Of a stretch of 64,000 nt of DNA, positions 35,636 to 47,940 are shown piece after piece (position 1 is the first letter of the stretch; every line of letters begins with the position of its first letter). The stretch is from Paecilomyces variotii. Lineage: Eukaryota. A program made the position numbers and the translations under genes. The notes under the pieces were generated by a model. That model was not told where the DNA came from and searched no databases. It saw nothing but the letters and a program-made list of their open reading frames with translations. The stretch lies in the NCBI GenBank assembly GCA_004022145.1, contig RCNU01000005.1; one strand, written 5' to 3'.

Positions 35636-38600
35636 TCAAAGACAGTCTAAATCGAACCCCATGAACGAAACACGGCCAGATAGATGGCCAAGAACCAGTG
35701 TACCTGTACTACCTGCGATGCAGGAAGATGAAGGGCGGTATTCAGGAGGAAGCCACAAACTTGGTGTTCCCTTCAAGCTTACCCATCGACCCTCTAGAGA
35801 AATCTCAGAGCGATATTCATGTTGCGGGCCATGACCAATATCGACAGATCCAATGTTAAATATGCCACGATCTGTCTCTAAGTATCCATTCTGTGGGGAA
35901 AACCTTATGTTCCTTATTATGGTGTCAAAGCCAAGGGTCAGCCGGACAAGGCCCGAAGTGATATCCCACAATTTGACAGTTGCATCATAAGAAGCTGAAG
36001 CAAGCAGCTTGCCATCGAGTGAGAAAGCTACTGCATTCACCGTTCCAGTATGGCCTCTAAGGGTTTGTTTAATAAGACCCGAAGTGATATCCACCAGTTT
36101 GACTGTTTTATCAGAAGACGCTAAAGCAATCAATTTGGTATGAGGTGAGAAAGCTACTCCTCTCACTTCATTTTCTGAACCATAAGAGATTGCAAAAGTT
36201 TGGTAGATGAGTCCTGAAGTAGTATCCCACAATGTAACAGTTTTATCAGAGGTTAAGGCAAATAATTTGTCATTAGGTGAAAATGCCATAGAAATCACTG
36301 AACCATCGTGGCCCTCAAAGGTTTGTTGGACAAGACCTGAAGTGATATCCCATAATTTGATAGTGGTACTCCCAGGAGAGACTGAGGCAATTAACTTGCT
36401 ATCGGGTGAGAAGGCTATTAGTAGCCCTCCTAATCGATTGCGCCTGCCTGTAAAAGTCTGTTGGACAAGGCCAGAGGTAACATCCCACAGCTTAATAGTA
36501 TCATCAAAAGAGGCTGCAACCAATTTGTCATTAGGCGAGAAAGCTACCGCATCCACCGCAGTGCTGTGACGCTCAAAGGTCTGTTGAATAAGGACTGAAG
36601 TAGTATTCCATAGCTTAATAGTGTTATCCCAAGAAGCTGAGGCAATTAATTTGCTATTGGGAGAGAAAGCTATTGCAAACACAGATTGAATATGGCCTTC
36701 AAGGGTTCGCAATATAAGGCCTGAAGTGGCATCCCATAGCTTGATAGTTCCATCAGAAGAGGCTGAAGCAATGAATTTACCGTCAGGCGAGAAAGCTACC
36801 GTAGTAACCACATGATTGTGGCCCTTAAGGGTCTGCCAGATAAGGCCTGAAGTGGCATCCCATAGCGTGATGATTCCAGTAGCAGAGGCTGAAGCAACCA
36901 GTTCGCTATCCGACGAGAAGGCAAGCCCTCCCATTGACACATCGTGGTCCTTAATAGTGTGCTGGATAAGACCTGAAGAGGAATCCCACAGTTTGATAAC
37001 TGTTTGAGTTCTTGAGGCGATCAGTTTCCCATCAGGTGAAAAAGCCACTTCTCTTACACAATGGTCATGGCCTTTAAGGGTTTGCTGGATAAGGCCCGAA
37101 GTGACATCCCATATGTTGATGATTTTATCGGAGGCTGAAATGACCAGTTTACCATTGGGTGAGAAAGCTATTTTTCTCACCCAATCATTATGTCCTTCAA
37201 AGGTTTGTTGAATAAGGCCCGAAGTGGCATCCCACAAGGTAACAGTTTTATGAGAGCCTGAGGCGAGCAATTTGCCGTCAGGTGAGAAAACTACCCTTTT
37301 TAATTCATCTTCTGGGTGATGACAGATTTCAAAAGTCTGCTGAATGAGGCCCGAAGTGGCATCCCACAGCTTGATAGTGTTCCCAGAGGCTGAGGCGACC
37401 ACTTTGCCATTAGGTGAGAAAGCCACCGCAAGCACATCATAGTGCTCAAGAGTCTGCTGGGCCGCACTCCATGATGTGTCCACCTTGGGGAGCCTTCGAA
37501 TCCAATTAGGGATGTTGTCATCGAACATGCATCGGATACGTGATTTTTCCGGAGCGAAAACAAGAGCCGAACAGTATAACTGGAGAGGCGCGCTATCAAT
37601 TACTGATATGCAGTATGAAATAAATCGCTTAGCATCGTGAAGAAATGCAGATAGTTCAGAGTCATCCTATAACAATTCCAAGACAATCAGCTCTATAACT
37701 ATTACTAGTTTTTAAACTTAGGACTTACCTCTGTTATCGATTGGAGAAAGCCAAGACCAGAAATACTCTCGGACACATGTCCAAGAATACTCAGAACCTC
37801 CAACCAGTGAAGGAGATGTTCTGTAAGAAAACTTTGAACAACTTCTTCATCTCGAATGCCACTCTCCTGGAGATGATAGATCCAATACCGGCAAGCATAT
37901 TGTAGTTCCATTGGTAGACAATCATGTCTTGTCTGGTCGTCGACTTCGTCTCGTAAAGCACCGGCATGAGGTAGATCGCATATATTCTTTCTTAGCAAGC
38001 GACGCATGAGTGTTAAACACTGAACAGCAACTTTTCCGTGTTTCTCCTTCCCATTAACCCAAAAAACATTATCATTTCTTCTGGGGTCGAGAAGAAAGTC
38101 TCGAAATGACAAGTGAAAAAGCCTTACGGGCTGATTTGCGTTGCCCGGTACATTCAAGACTGAATGGAAGAACTCCAGTCGACGTTCAATTTTTTGAGTG
38201 GGGATCTCCAGGAGCTGTCCGAGAGAAAGAATCGAAAGTGGACTGGCCAGGATTATAATCACTCCGACGATTTTTTGAAATTCATCGACCAGCTGTTCCG
38301 AGTCGCAGGGAGTTGCTCCGGAAAGCAGATTATTTAAAATTGGAGCATAGGTTAACTCCAATGGAGTCATATCGTTCTTCAACTCGGTCTGGAGAATGAT
38401 CTCCAGACGTTCTTGGGGTCCCCATTTCAGATCTCCAATGAATCGGCATATAGTAGCAGCAAAAATGAATAATGGAATCGCCATTCTGACAAGAGTCCGG
38501 GTAATATCCTCCCCGGGCCATCCATCCGGCAATGTACGCTCCTCTCGGATGGCAGAAAGTCTTGATTTGAAATAGACCATCAAATCATGTGCAATAACAT

Positions 38601-39807
38601 CTTCTGGGATCTCATGTAGAACTGTATCCTGGTAATCATCGGCATGGACCTGCTTGAAGCCCAAGCGGATTGGTAATTCTGGCCGGCTGGTAATGAAGAC
38701 GCGCAAGTGAACTGGGCCAGAGCTCTTGATGCTCGGTAGGAGATGCAGAATCGTGCGAATGTCCTGTTCTTCCTCACACTCATCCAGCGCATCGATTATG
38801 ATGACAAGCAATGGGAGGCCACGATCCCCACGTTGTAGTCGTGATAGTGGGTCTAAGAGAAGGGCATGAAACTGCTCGCGGAGAGACTTTTTGCCTATGG
38901 CCGGATCATCCTCAACTGCCTTCGCGACGGGAGGACCTAGGGGAGGGAATTGGCCAACTAACTGTTTCACAATCGTGGTGAAGAATCGGCTGGCATTCCC
39001 ACGGTCAGCTTCGCCTCGTTTGAAGAAGAAGCTGGCGCCTAGGCGATTTTTTTCTTTCAATAATCGAGCTACGGTCCTGGCAATCGTTGACTTCCCGGTT
39101 CCCGCCATTCCATTCAGCCAAAAGATATATTTACTATTGATATCTGCTGACCAAGCCAGTATATCATGCAAGAGCTCCGTTCGAGTTTGTTCAAGACACT
39201 CGTCTTCGTGTTGGTCCATATACGAGCCGAACATCGCTTCGTCAACGGTAAGTAGCTTTGCCAGATCGACTTTTTGGTCTATACGGACTGTAACATCGCT
39301 ATGTAGCAATCGATGTTAGCGATATTATACTATATGAAGGATAGTAGAGAAAACCAACACAAGGTCCAGCTGCAAAGCCGCGAGGAATACACGTTTGTAT
39401 CGCTCGATACGACTAACGATCTTTTCCACCTCTTTTCTCTCCAAAGGCCACTTGATCGATCGCCAGCCGAGATATCTTATGACTTTGTCTCGTTTCCGAT
39501 TCTCGTCGTTCTTTTCCTTTGGTCTTCCTGCATCCAGCTTTTCACCCAGCTTTTCTAGTTCCCATTGGCATTCCGCAATGGTGCGACTGAGCACCTGAGT
39601 CACATGGAGTTTTTGACCATTCTGTCCATCGAGCAAAGAACGCAATTTCTCCAATACCGTCTGAAAGTCTTCGACGACTTTAACCAGATATTGGATATCC
39701 TCCTTCGCATCTTTCGCTTCTCCAATATATCCCCAGCATATCTTGATGAGACTACCAGTAATCTGGATAACGGCAATGACGCTGGATGCGCTCCCTAGCG
39801 CCTCCAT
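35636..39807 (-). CDS. Fungal NLR: HeLo-like/SesA N-terminus, NACHT NTPase, ~12 WD40 repeats (HET-E/HNWD-like)
   Basis: N-terminal ASSVIAVIQITGSL..WPL, Walker A GMAGTGKST, Walker B IIIDALDEC, ITSRPE, FHLSFRDFL, YACRYW, QLYCSALVFAP, and 12 repeats of the type GH..V..VAFSPDGK..ASAS.D.TIKLWD.TSG. Introns near 39.3 kb and 37.7 kb. Confidence 0.93.
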
Positions 39808-40296
39808 GTCGAATCTCCACTTATCTCTCTGAACAGGAACAGAACTCTAAGTGGAGTGTTGTTGTCTTTTTTTTTCTCTGTCGTCCCCCGATGTCAACGT
39901 GTAAACCGTGGGAATAATGCGGCTGAAAAGCGGGGTTGTGATACTACTACTAAGACGTTGTGGCCATCAGCCTATCATTTGAAGGGAGCCGCTCAAATCA
40001 CATTTCTCCCACCCTAAGTACATCAATAACTGGTTGTCTTTGAAAGTTGAGCTCGCTAAGCGCTAGGTACTCATGTTATCAGACATAGCTGGTGTCAGCC
40101 TTGTAGTAGCTAGGTCCCATAACCGAGCTTTCTTCTGATAGACTCGAATGGAAACTATATACACAAGACCTAGAGAACTGGTCAGTACCTAATGGTAGAC
40201 TATCGTGTAGCGTATCTAGCAGTGCAATAGAGTAAAGTCCGCTCGAGATATGTTTCATCACTGTAGATCATATATAAAGAAGCAAGGTAAACAAGC

Positions 40297-40415
40297 ACAT
40301 ACGACCATAGGGTGTGGAAAACAGGGCTTCCCGTCCGCTCAGCCGTACTTAAGCCACACGCCGGCCGGTTAGTAGTTGGGTGGGTGACCACCAGCGAATC
40401 CCGGCTGTTGTATGT
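40297..40415 (+). rRNA. 5S rRNA gene
   Basis: 119 nt, ACATACGACCATAGGGTGTGG...CCCGGCTGTTGTATGT with complementary termini. Upstream TATA-like element and downstream T-run (Pol III terminator). Confidence 0.97.
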
Positions 40416-40565
40416 TTTTCTTTTTTTTGCAGTTTTATTTTTTACTTCTTTTCTTTACGTCCTTTGACTATTTCCCCTTACATAAATAACGAGCATCTAC
40501 AGTATTGTTAATAGAGGACAATATATTCCGTAGAAATCAGCAGAATCCAGTGCGGATAATCCTTC

Positions 40566-41011
40566 TGTGCGGGGTGGGACTGCATCTGATCGACGTATAG
40601 TACTTTTACTAGTTACTACTAAATTTCCTGGGAATTGACTGTTCCCAGAGACAAGCAGAGAGAGCTTGTGCATATGTAGCAGAAACTTAGTTCAAGATCT
40701 CTAACTTGTCATATCATATCGATGGGCAGCGCACAGATATTTCTCTGTGCTGTTGTTATCAGAAGAAACGTACATAGTACTTTATACTTTAAGTCAAGTC
40801 TGATAAGGAATGCTTTGACGGTCGACATTACGCGGGGTGTGACTCGACTCCAGAGACTCAGATAGAAAATTTGGGTTAGATACTATGTAAAATACAAGTC
40901 GATCAGGAGACATGATCTCCTTTGGTTCGAAGCCGGGGCTAACGTGCGATGGGTTATTGCTGTGGCTCCGAATCAGGAACTGGGAGGGGATGTTTTTGCA
41001 GAACTGAAATC
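40566..41011 (+). repeat. Copy A of a diverged direct repeat (copy B at 45783-46042), with ~205 extra bp
   Basis: Shared blocks GGACTGCATCTGATCGACGTA, TACTTTTACTAGTTACTA, TGTTCCCAGAGAC, CAAGTCGATCAGGA, GCTAACGTGCGATGGGTTATT, TTGCTGTGGCTCCGAAT, AGGAACTGGGAG. Confidence 0.9.
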
Positions 41012-41149
41012 TAGATAAGGCTGCACTCTTTCTCTGCAGTCTCTGCCTTTCATGGCTAGAGTGTCCGCACCCATGACGAGATCGGCGTTGGTGCATTCGT
41101 CACGGATATCCTGCCGCGGTAATAATATCAGTTCTACCGGAGCCATAAT

Positions 41150-41348
41150 GAGCTCGGCTCGGCTCGGTTCGGTTCGGCTCAACTCACGAGCTCAGGTCAA
41201 ATACAGCCCTGGGGTTTACCCTGACACTAAACCGAATGTAGCTATAAATCGGCTAGAAGAAGGATTTCCTAGTCCTAACTAGGAAAAACCACGTGTTGGG
41301 CTCATTGAGCTGGGCTCGCGAGTCGAGCTGAGTTCACTCTCGGCTCGA
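41150..41348. repeat. Degenerate inverted-repeat element with CTCGG pentamer repeats (MITE-like relic)
   Basis: TCGGCTCAACTCACGAGCTCAGGTCAA pairs imperfectly with TTGAGCTGGGCTCGCGAGTCGAGCTGA. Confidence 0.55.
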
Positions 41349-43898
41349 CACGGCTGATTGCTGTGCTTTTTCTTCTTTCATCCATCTCTGTCTTACAATA
41401 AAGCCTCGCTTTCCAGTGGCACTAGTACTGTATTCATCGTAAACATACTACTAGAAAGTATACTCAAGAGCACGCGGTGGAAAACAGTAATCTGAAATCT
41501 AGCGGGTTACAGAAAACGACTGATGAAAGTGTAGTTACATTCGACGAGGACGAGCAAAGGACCACAAAAGCGAAAGGTATCTAGGAACATCGTCAGACCC
41601 CTTTTGCTGGCTGATAACGTCTTTTACTATAACCGAGTCGATTACAGGATCCAGACTTTTCTTCTCATTAGGCTCAAAGCTCACAGTCCGAGGCGCCATT
41701 GTTTAATCATCCAAGTGCGCTCATAACGAACTATTTGACCCTCGATCTTTCAGCCCTCGCAAGTCGCCAGTCAGGACCCCATTCTCCGTTTAAATCAGAA
41801 AAAGAGGGCTTGAAAACAACAGTCACTCTAGCCAATAACAGAAAGGTATATCTAGCGGTCAAACAGTCAATCACAGGCACGGAGCAATTGCTTTGCCTCC
41901 CCAATCGGTTTTGACTCGAGAAGATTATCGCCAGATCGGCCATGCCAAGTATGTAGTGTATTTGGATCGTTTGGCCCTATCACCATTTTGGATGTCTTAT
42001 CACTTGTGTTTACTGTTTGCAGTTGCTCTACCTCCTTTCATTGATGCATATTGCACTTGACTCAAGAGCACGCATGCCATAGGGGCCATGCTATTTACTT
42101 GTCTCTGGATGCTCCGGTCCCAGGACTCTATATTGAAATTGCATCACTTCTGAAAATGCTTTTTCTGCCTCCCGGCATTTTTCATTGTTGTAGACATAGC
42201 TCCCGATTCTCAAGAGCAGGTTTGTATGTTTTCTTGAAAATAAGAACGTATAGTGCATGTGGGTAGGTATATCGCCTACACGCCCCTGTGGGTGTGATCA
42301 TCATTGGGGAATGTCTCCTTTACTTGATCTAGAGCTTTAAAGTTCTTCGTGTCAATGCAAGCTGGAAGGAGACCTGCAATTCCTCAGATTGCGGGTCCAC
42401 TAGCGAGCATTGCCATCCGGCTACTGGGACTCCGTAGTCTGTATGGTTACTATGGTAGTATTTTTCTCTACGGTGGGGATGGGGGAAGTTTGCTCGTGTG
42501 CCTGTTCGCCTTTGAATTCCGGAAGCTTCCCATAACGTGATAGTCTAGGGCCGGGAAACATGTCTCTAACGGCTGCCGCAGGTGGTACGACGGAACCACG
42601 GGGAAGCCGCAGTCTCGGTTATAGTTATTTGACAAGTAGTTTAATAATTTATCTGACAGACTGACAGAACCATAATCATTGCCTTTTTGTGGAGTACTCC
42701 GGAGACTCCGTGATAATGCTCCCAACTATACTCTAAGCTGGAAAGGACGAAGAGCCCCCATGGACTAGGACAAGTGAATCGTCTAATGGAGAGTAGTTAC
42801 CTAGGGAAATATTTTCAATACCTCCTCAGCCATTTCATCCTCCGAGAAGAACAAGAAAGCAGGAACGGCTTAGCCATATCTCCTCTATTCTACTATGTTT
42901 TCTCCTCGACTAGGGACAAGGGGTATTATTGTATGTATCTCGCCTGCTTCCCCCACGGAAGTGCTTGTTTTCGCTGCTCGCCACTGTTTGGCCCGTATCT
43001 ATCTATGCCGTGTTATGCCGCGTTATGCCGTGCTGGTAAAAATATGCTGGATTCGGGAAATACTCGGCCGATATCCACGCAGCGGCTAAGGTGTAGCTTA
43101 ACTTAATACCTAGGTAATAATGTGCGTCTCCTCTAGAAGTTAACTAGCATAACCAACTTTTTTCCTCTCTGAAGCTCGGCATATTTCTGCAAGCTGGCTT
43201 GCAACAAACTACTACCGCCCTGCCAGGCTAGGCTGATCTGCTCTAGTCTTCATGCCAATAATAATCCCAATTATTATTAACTTTTCATGGTTCGAATCAT
43301 AGACCACTCCGTAGTCTAATATAGACTAGTTGATATCTTGCTGGCTGATTTCTTCAGGGGCCTGGACTCCTCTGCAACCCTCAACGACCGCGCTAATTGA
43401 TGGCGGAGACGCGGACGGAGCGCCGGCTCCTCTAACAAGCCACGTTTTGTTTGACACGGCCGTCACTACTAACGATGTATAACTATGCACGCCCCACGTT
43501 TAACCCGGCAGGGAATTGCAAAGTGCATCACAGGACCACAACCTGCCCCTTAAAACTCGCCTAATAGGAAAGGTTTAGACGGTTGTACTCTATGCCGCAA
43601 AAACTTTTTCGGATGCTTAGATTTGGCTATACAGTATCCATAACGGCATTTTTAAACTTTAGGACCGTTGCTGCTTACCGTGCGAGGCGTCTCATCTTCA
43701 GACAGACAAAGGGGCGTCTAAAAATGAGTGGAGAATAGATACTTCTACATAATAATGTCTATTGACCCAGTTGCTGCTTCCAGCCCTGTCATGGCCTTTC
43801 TCTCTCTCTTCTTTCTTTCTTTCTTCTGCTTTTTTTTTTCGGCTAGTTGGATATGACTTCTGTCTGATATAGCCGCTACTTAACCAATTGCCACCAAG

Positions 43899-45142
43899 AT
43901 GGCCGAAACTTCAGCTAATGTCAACTTGAACCTCATCCCGGCGATGGAAGCGCCGCCGGGAGAGGTCAGCAATCTCAAGGATCCGGCGAATATGAACCGG
44001 TTCATGTACCTCACCGCCGGGGTCTGCCTGAGCTGCTCGACATTGGCAGTCATATTTCGCTTATTTGTCAAGGCTCGAATCATAAGAGCCATTCAGCTTG
44101 AAGAGTTCATTCTATCCTTCTCGCTGGCGGGACTTATTTCGTTAACGGGAGTCATGATTCAATCAACGCTTATGGGGCAAGGAGTACACCAATGGAACGT
44201 GTCAGCGGCACATGCGCAGAAAATCGTCGAGGTGGGTACTGCCCAAAAACTGGACACATACAGTTATATATTGATGATTTAGTATGCAAATATCATCGAA
44301 ATCGTCTATTGCCCTGCTATCCTGGGCGCTAAAGTCGCCATGCTCCTCCAAATAAAGCGCATCTTCGTTGTCGGCAAGAAAGGGGCACTATTTTGGCTGC
44401 ACGAAATAATCCTATGGCTCAACGTTCCTACGTATACTGGCCTTATGTTTAGTTTCATCTTCAGCTGCGTTCCGCGTGAGAAGATTTGGGACTCATCTGT
44501 GCCGGGCCATTGTGTCTCTGTGTCTACTTCCCTTATTGCGACTTCCGTGTTGAATGTCCTATCCGATGTGACTATGCTATTCCTCCCGGTAGCTGTGATT
44601 ATGCAATTACATCTACCCACACGGAGTAAAATAATCCTGAGCGCTATATTCGGGACAGGTGTTTTGTATGGATCGGCCCATTTCGATATTCATGATTGGA
44701 TCAACTTTTCTGACGGTTATAGGACCATTATCGCGAGTGTTATCCGCTTGATATATACCGTCCGACTTATTCGAACCGAAGACTTCACCCGGGCAATCAT
44801 GCCGGTGGGACTATGGGCGTAAGTGATCTCTCATATCTCTAGAAAGCACATGTCACTGATATAGCCCACAGCATCGCCGAAGTTACGTCTGTCACCCTTG
44901 CCGGTGCCATTCCCCTACTACCTGGCTTCGTCAAATTCGTCCGAAACGGTAACGACTCTTCTGGCACGCGATCAGGTTCCCGCTGGGCCTCCAACTACGG
45001 GACCGGCTCCAGGGGACAACCCCACTATCCCATGGATAGCGAGACGGAGACGATAATTAATGCTGACTCGCTGAAAGACAATGCGGTTCCATTAGGCATT
45101 ATGAAGACAGTGCAGGTCCAAGCTGTTTATGATCGGTCATAG
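43899..45142 (+). CDS. Pth11-like integral membrane protein (fungal rhodopsin-domain family), multi-exon
   Basis: APPGEVSNL.DP, RLFVKARI, GQGVHQWNV, AKVAMLLQIKRIF, CVPREKIWD..PGHC, NVLSDVTMLFLPV, ASVIRL, W.IAEV. Canonical introns; stop at 45140-45142. Confidence 0.88.
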
Positions 45143-45471
45143 GGTCATTTATTCCTTTTTGACTCTTTTTTTTTTTAGGTTGTCTCGGTTTTTGAGCAGG
45201 CACTCTTTGTTTTTTTTATTTCTAGATAATAGCAGATACCCCATGGGAGGGTTGTGTCCCGGTTCTTCGTTACTCTAATAGCAATACGCGTCTCAAATTT
45301 ATGGATTCTAAACGCATGTCACTCCTTACTGCTGGGACGATTGTATGTACATAGTTCTATTGATATCCATCTCAACATGTCCAGCCATCTAAGTGATTTC
45401 CCCTTTTCTCCCCAGCTTGGGCCTGGGACCAAAAAAATGTATATATAGCTCTATCATTAATAAAAATAACA

Positions 45472-45590
45472 ACATACAACAGCCGGGATTCGCTGGTGGT
45501 CACCCACCCAACTACTAACCGGCCGGCGTGTGGCTTAAGTACGGCTGAGCGGACGGGAAGCCCTGTTTTCCACACCCTATGGTCGTATGT
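45472..45590 (-). rRNA. 5S rRNA gene
   Basis: Reverse complement of the 40297-40415 copy, appearing identical over 119 nt. Confidence 0.97.
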
Positions 45591-45782
45591 GCTTGTTCTC
45601 TATGAGCATTGCATTATAAGATCTGTGAGGATGAAATATAATTCGAGCGGACTGTATGTTGTAACTACAATTTAACTTACCAGTTCTCTTGGTCTTGAGT
45701 ATGCTTATGATTTCCATTCGATTCCACCATGTATAGAAAGCGATTTGAAGCAGAGTCTAGATAGTGGGAATGCATTCTTGTG

Positions 45783-46042
45783 TGTGCGGGGTAGGACTGC
45801 ATCTGATCGACGTACGTACTTTTACTAGTTACTAAATTTCATGGGAATTGAATTGTTCCCAGAGACTCAGATAGCGAATTTCGGTCAGTATGTATCTGAC
45901 GGGGGAAAATCCAAGTCGATCAGGAAACATCATCTCCTTTATTTCGAAGCCGGGGGCTAACGTGCGATGGGTTATTATTGATTGCTGTGGCTCCGAATGA
46001 GGAACTGGGAGCCAGGGGAAAGTTTTTCGCAGAATTGAAATC
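45783..46042 (+). repeat. Copy B of the diverged direct repeat
   Basis: Collinear with 40566-41011 except that it lacks the segment between the two CCAGAGAC words. Confidence 0.9.
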
Positions 46043-47940
46043 CGGGCTGCATCTGCATTGGCCTGTTTCCTGCTGAACGTTTTTACTAGTTAATATTATT
46101 GGGCGTCAGGCGGCCGGGTTTGTTTACCGTTATAGCATGTAATATGGAACCGTGAGAATTTAGGCCGTCCACTATTCCTGAGTAGAAGCTGCTGCTGTAC
46201 TTTGTAGATGAGTTTCTCGAGCATGAGGGGCGGTAACAGTTTCGAGTCATGTTCCGCTCCGCTTGCAAGGTATTTAAATGCGGGGCAATTGTCCCATGTC
46301 ACCGGGGGTTGTTGACTGGTTCAATAATACCGAGTGCGCTTGAGACCACATCCTGCCGGCTGCTTGTTGTTCTAGATGTTACTGTGGATAGAGAGATAAG
46401 AAAGCCAGCTCACTAACGACGACCTGCTGATATGTCGAATTTTTTCGATGTCTCTTCCAGATGGGCATGGACGAGCGAGAAAAGTAGGAAAATGTTACGT
46501 ACGCAGCGACTAGAGGATTGCTCAACCCCGCCGCGAGCAAGAGAGTAGGAGAGCAAGAGAGCAAAGCAGGAGCAAAACAACCAAGTCCCGCGGCTCGGGT
46601 GGAGTTGATTTATCGTGCACCGCGCCAGGTCGAGAGCCGCACGGCCAGTCTAGCGAACACTAGCTCTAGAAATACTAGTCTCGTTCCCAGCGACCGTGTC
46701 TGGTGACGTACGATTTCTGATCTTTTTCTTTTCTTTTCTGGCGGTGAGATCTGATCTGGAGACAAACTGGGCTGCATTTTGGAGCAGCAGTACCAGCTCA
46801 ATTGACCGTGAAGGATTGCAGGAATAGTCCTCCGTACGATACATACAATATCCTCGTACTGTGGTAGAGTCTTACTACTCGGATCCATGCAGCCATTGCT
46901 AGTTTCTCCGGAGTCGGCAGTCCACAGTCGACAATATCCACCCCTTTGGGACCATATCTCGTATTAAATATTACTAGGTACCTAGTTAATGGTATGTAGA
47001 TGAACTGTGCGCTTGGAGAAACGCCAGCCACCACAAGGACTGAATTGCGGTGTCGTACTCCGTACGCAGTAATAATAATATTAATATTCCTATCTGACAT
47101 CAGTATTATTGTATTATTATTATTGTGCTGCCCGGCTTTGTGTTCCCAGTTTGCCACAAACGGAAAGTCGGACCTTCGTCGCACGTTGGCGCCGCCACTT
47201 CCGCCGCGGGCTAAAGCAGAATGCTTGGCGGCCATATGCAGTTTATCTTTTGTTGTTGAAACTACCAAGTCTTTCTTTCTTTCTTCCCTGTCCGCCTTCG
47301 ATGAAGACGAATGGTGATGACATCGAGGGTTGTGGCGATGTTGCGTAGAGTGATTAATTCTAATTGATTGATTAATTAATTGCAGTTTCCTCTGTAAGTA
47401 CCTGTAATATATCACCGACCGTATTGAAACAGTGAAACAGAAGATCAAAATCCCTCACACCATCATATCGCCCTCGCAATCTTTCCAGCCTATCGAACTG
47501 CTCCACCTGCGCTGCTTCCTGGTTCCTGTTGTCCCCACCGTGCAATCACAGCCAATGGTGCCCCGCCGCTATCGATCGGCTTGCCATCTGCCCTGGGACC
47601 GCGAGGAGAGTACTATATCCCCCCTCGGGTCCCTCCTCGTCGGCTCTACACAACGGCTCTCCCCGTCAAGCCTGCCCCCGGTGCTGAACACGTCCTCTTG
47701 TTCCCTTTTTTTATCACTCAATCACTTTGCGGCATCAGGGAAAAGGCCCTGAGAGGGTCAGAGAAAAGCAAAGAACCAAGAAAACCAAGTGTACGCGGGA
47801 AAGAAAGTAACAGAAGAGAAGAGAAGAGAAGAAAAAGATTTTCCACAGAACACCAATCTCATATCTTCAAAGAGGGAGACTGGCCTGTTCCTGTGACGCT
47901 GGGAGGATTGCCGTAAGAAACATAATTGGTTCAAAAGAAG

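Noticed and set aside
35940-37460. Regularly spaced DNA repeats resembling a CRISPR array
   Set aside because: They are in-frame WD40 coding repeats in a eukaryotic gene.
40200-40391. 63-aa ORF (and the 67-aa ORF at 45372..45575)
   Set aside because: Both overlap 5S rRNA genes and are spurious translations.
40603-46092. TTTACTAGT words matching the Starship junction on the captain strand
   Set aside because: A short AT-rich word, partly explained by the direct repeat. No evidence that these are element ends.
46798-47448. 216-aa minus-strand ORF upstream of the MFS gene
   Set aside because: Low-complexity, no recognisable motif, and within a probable promoter/UTR region.
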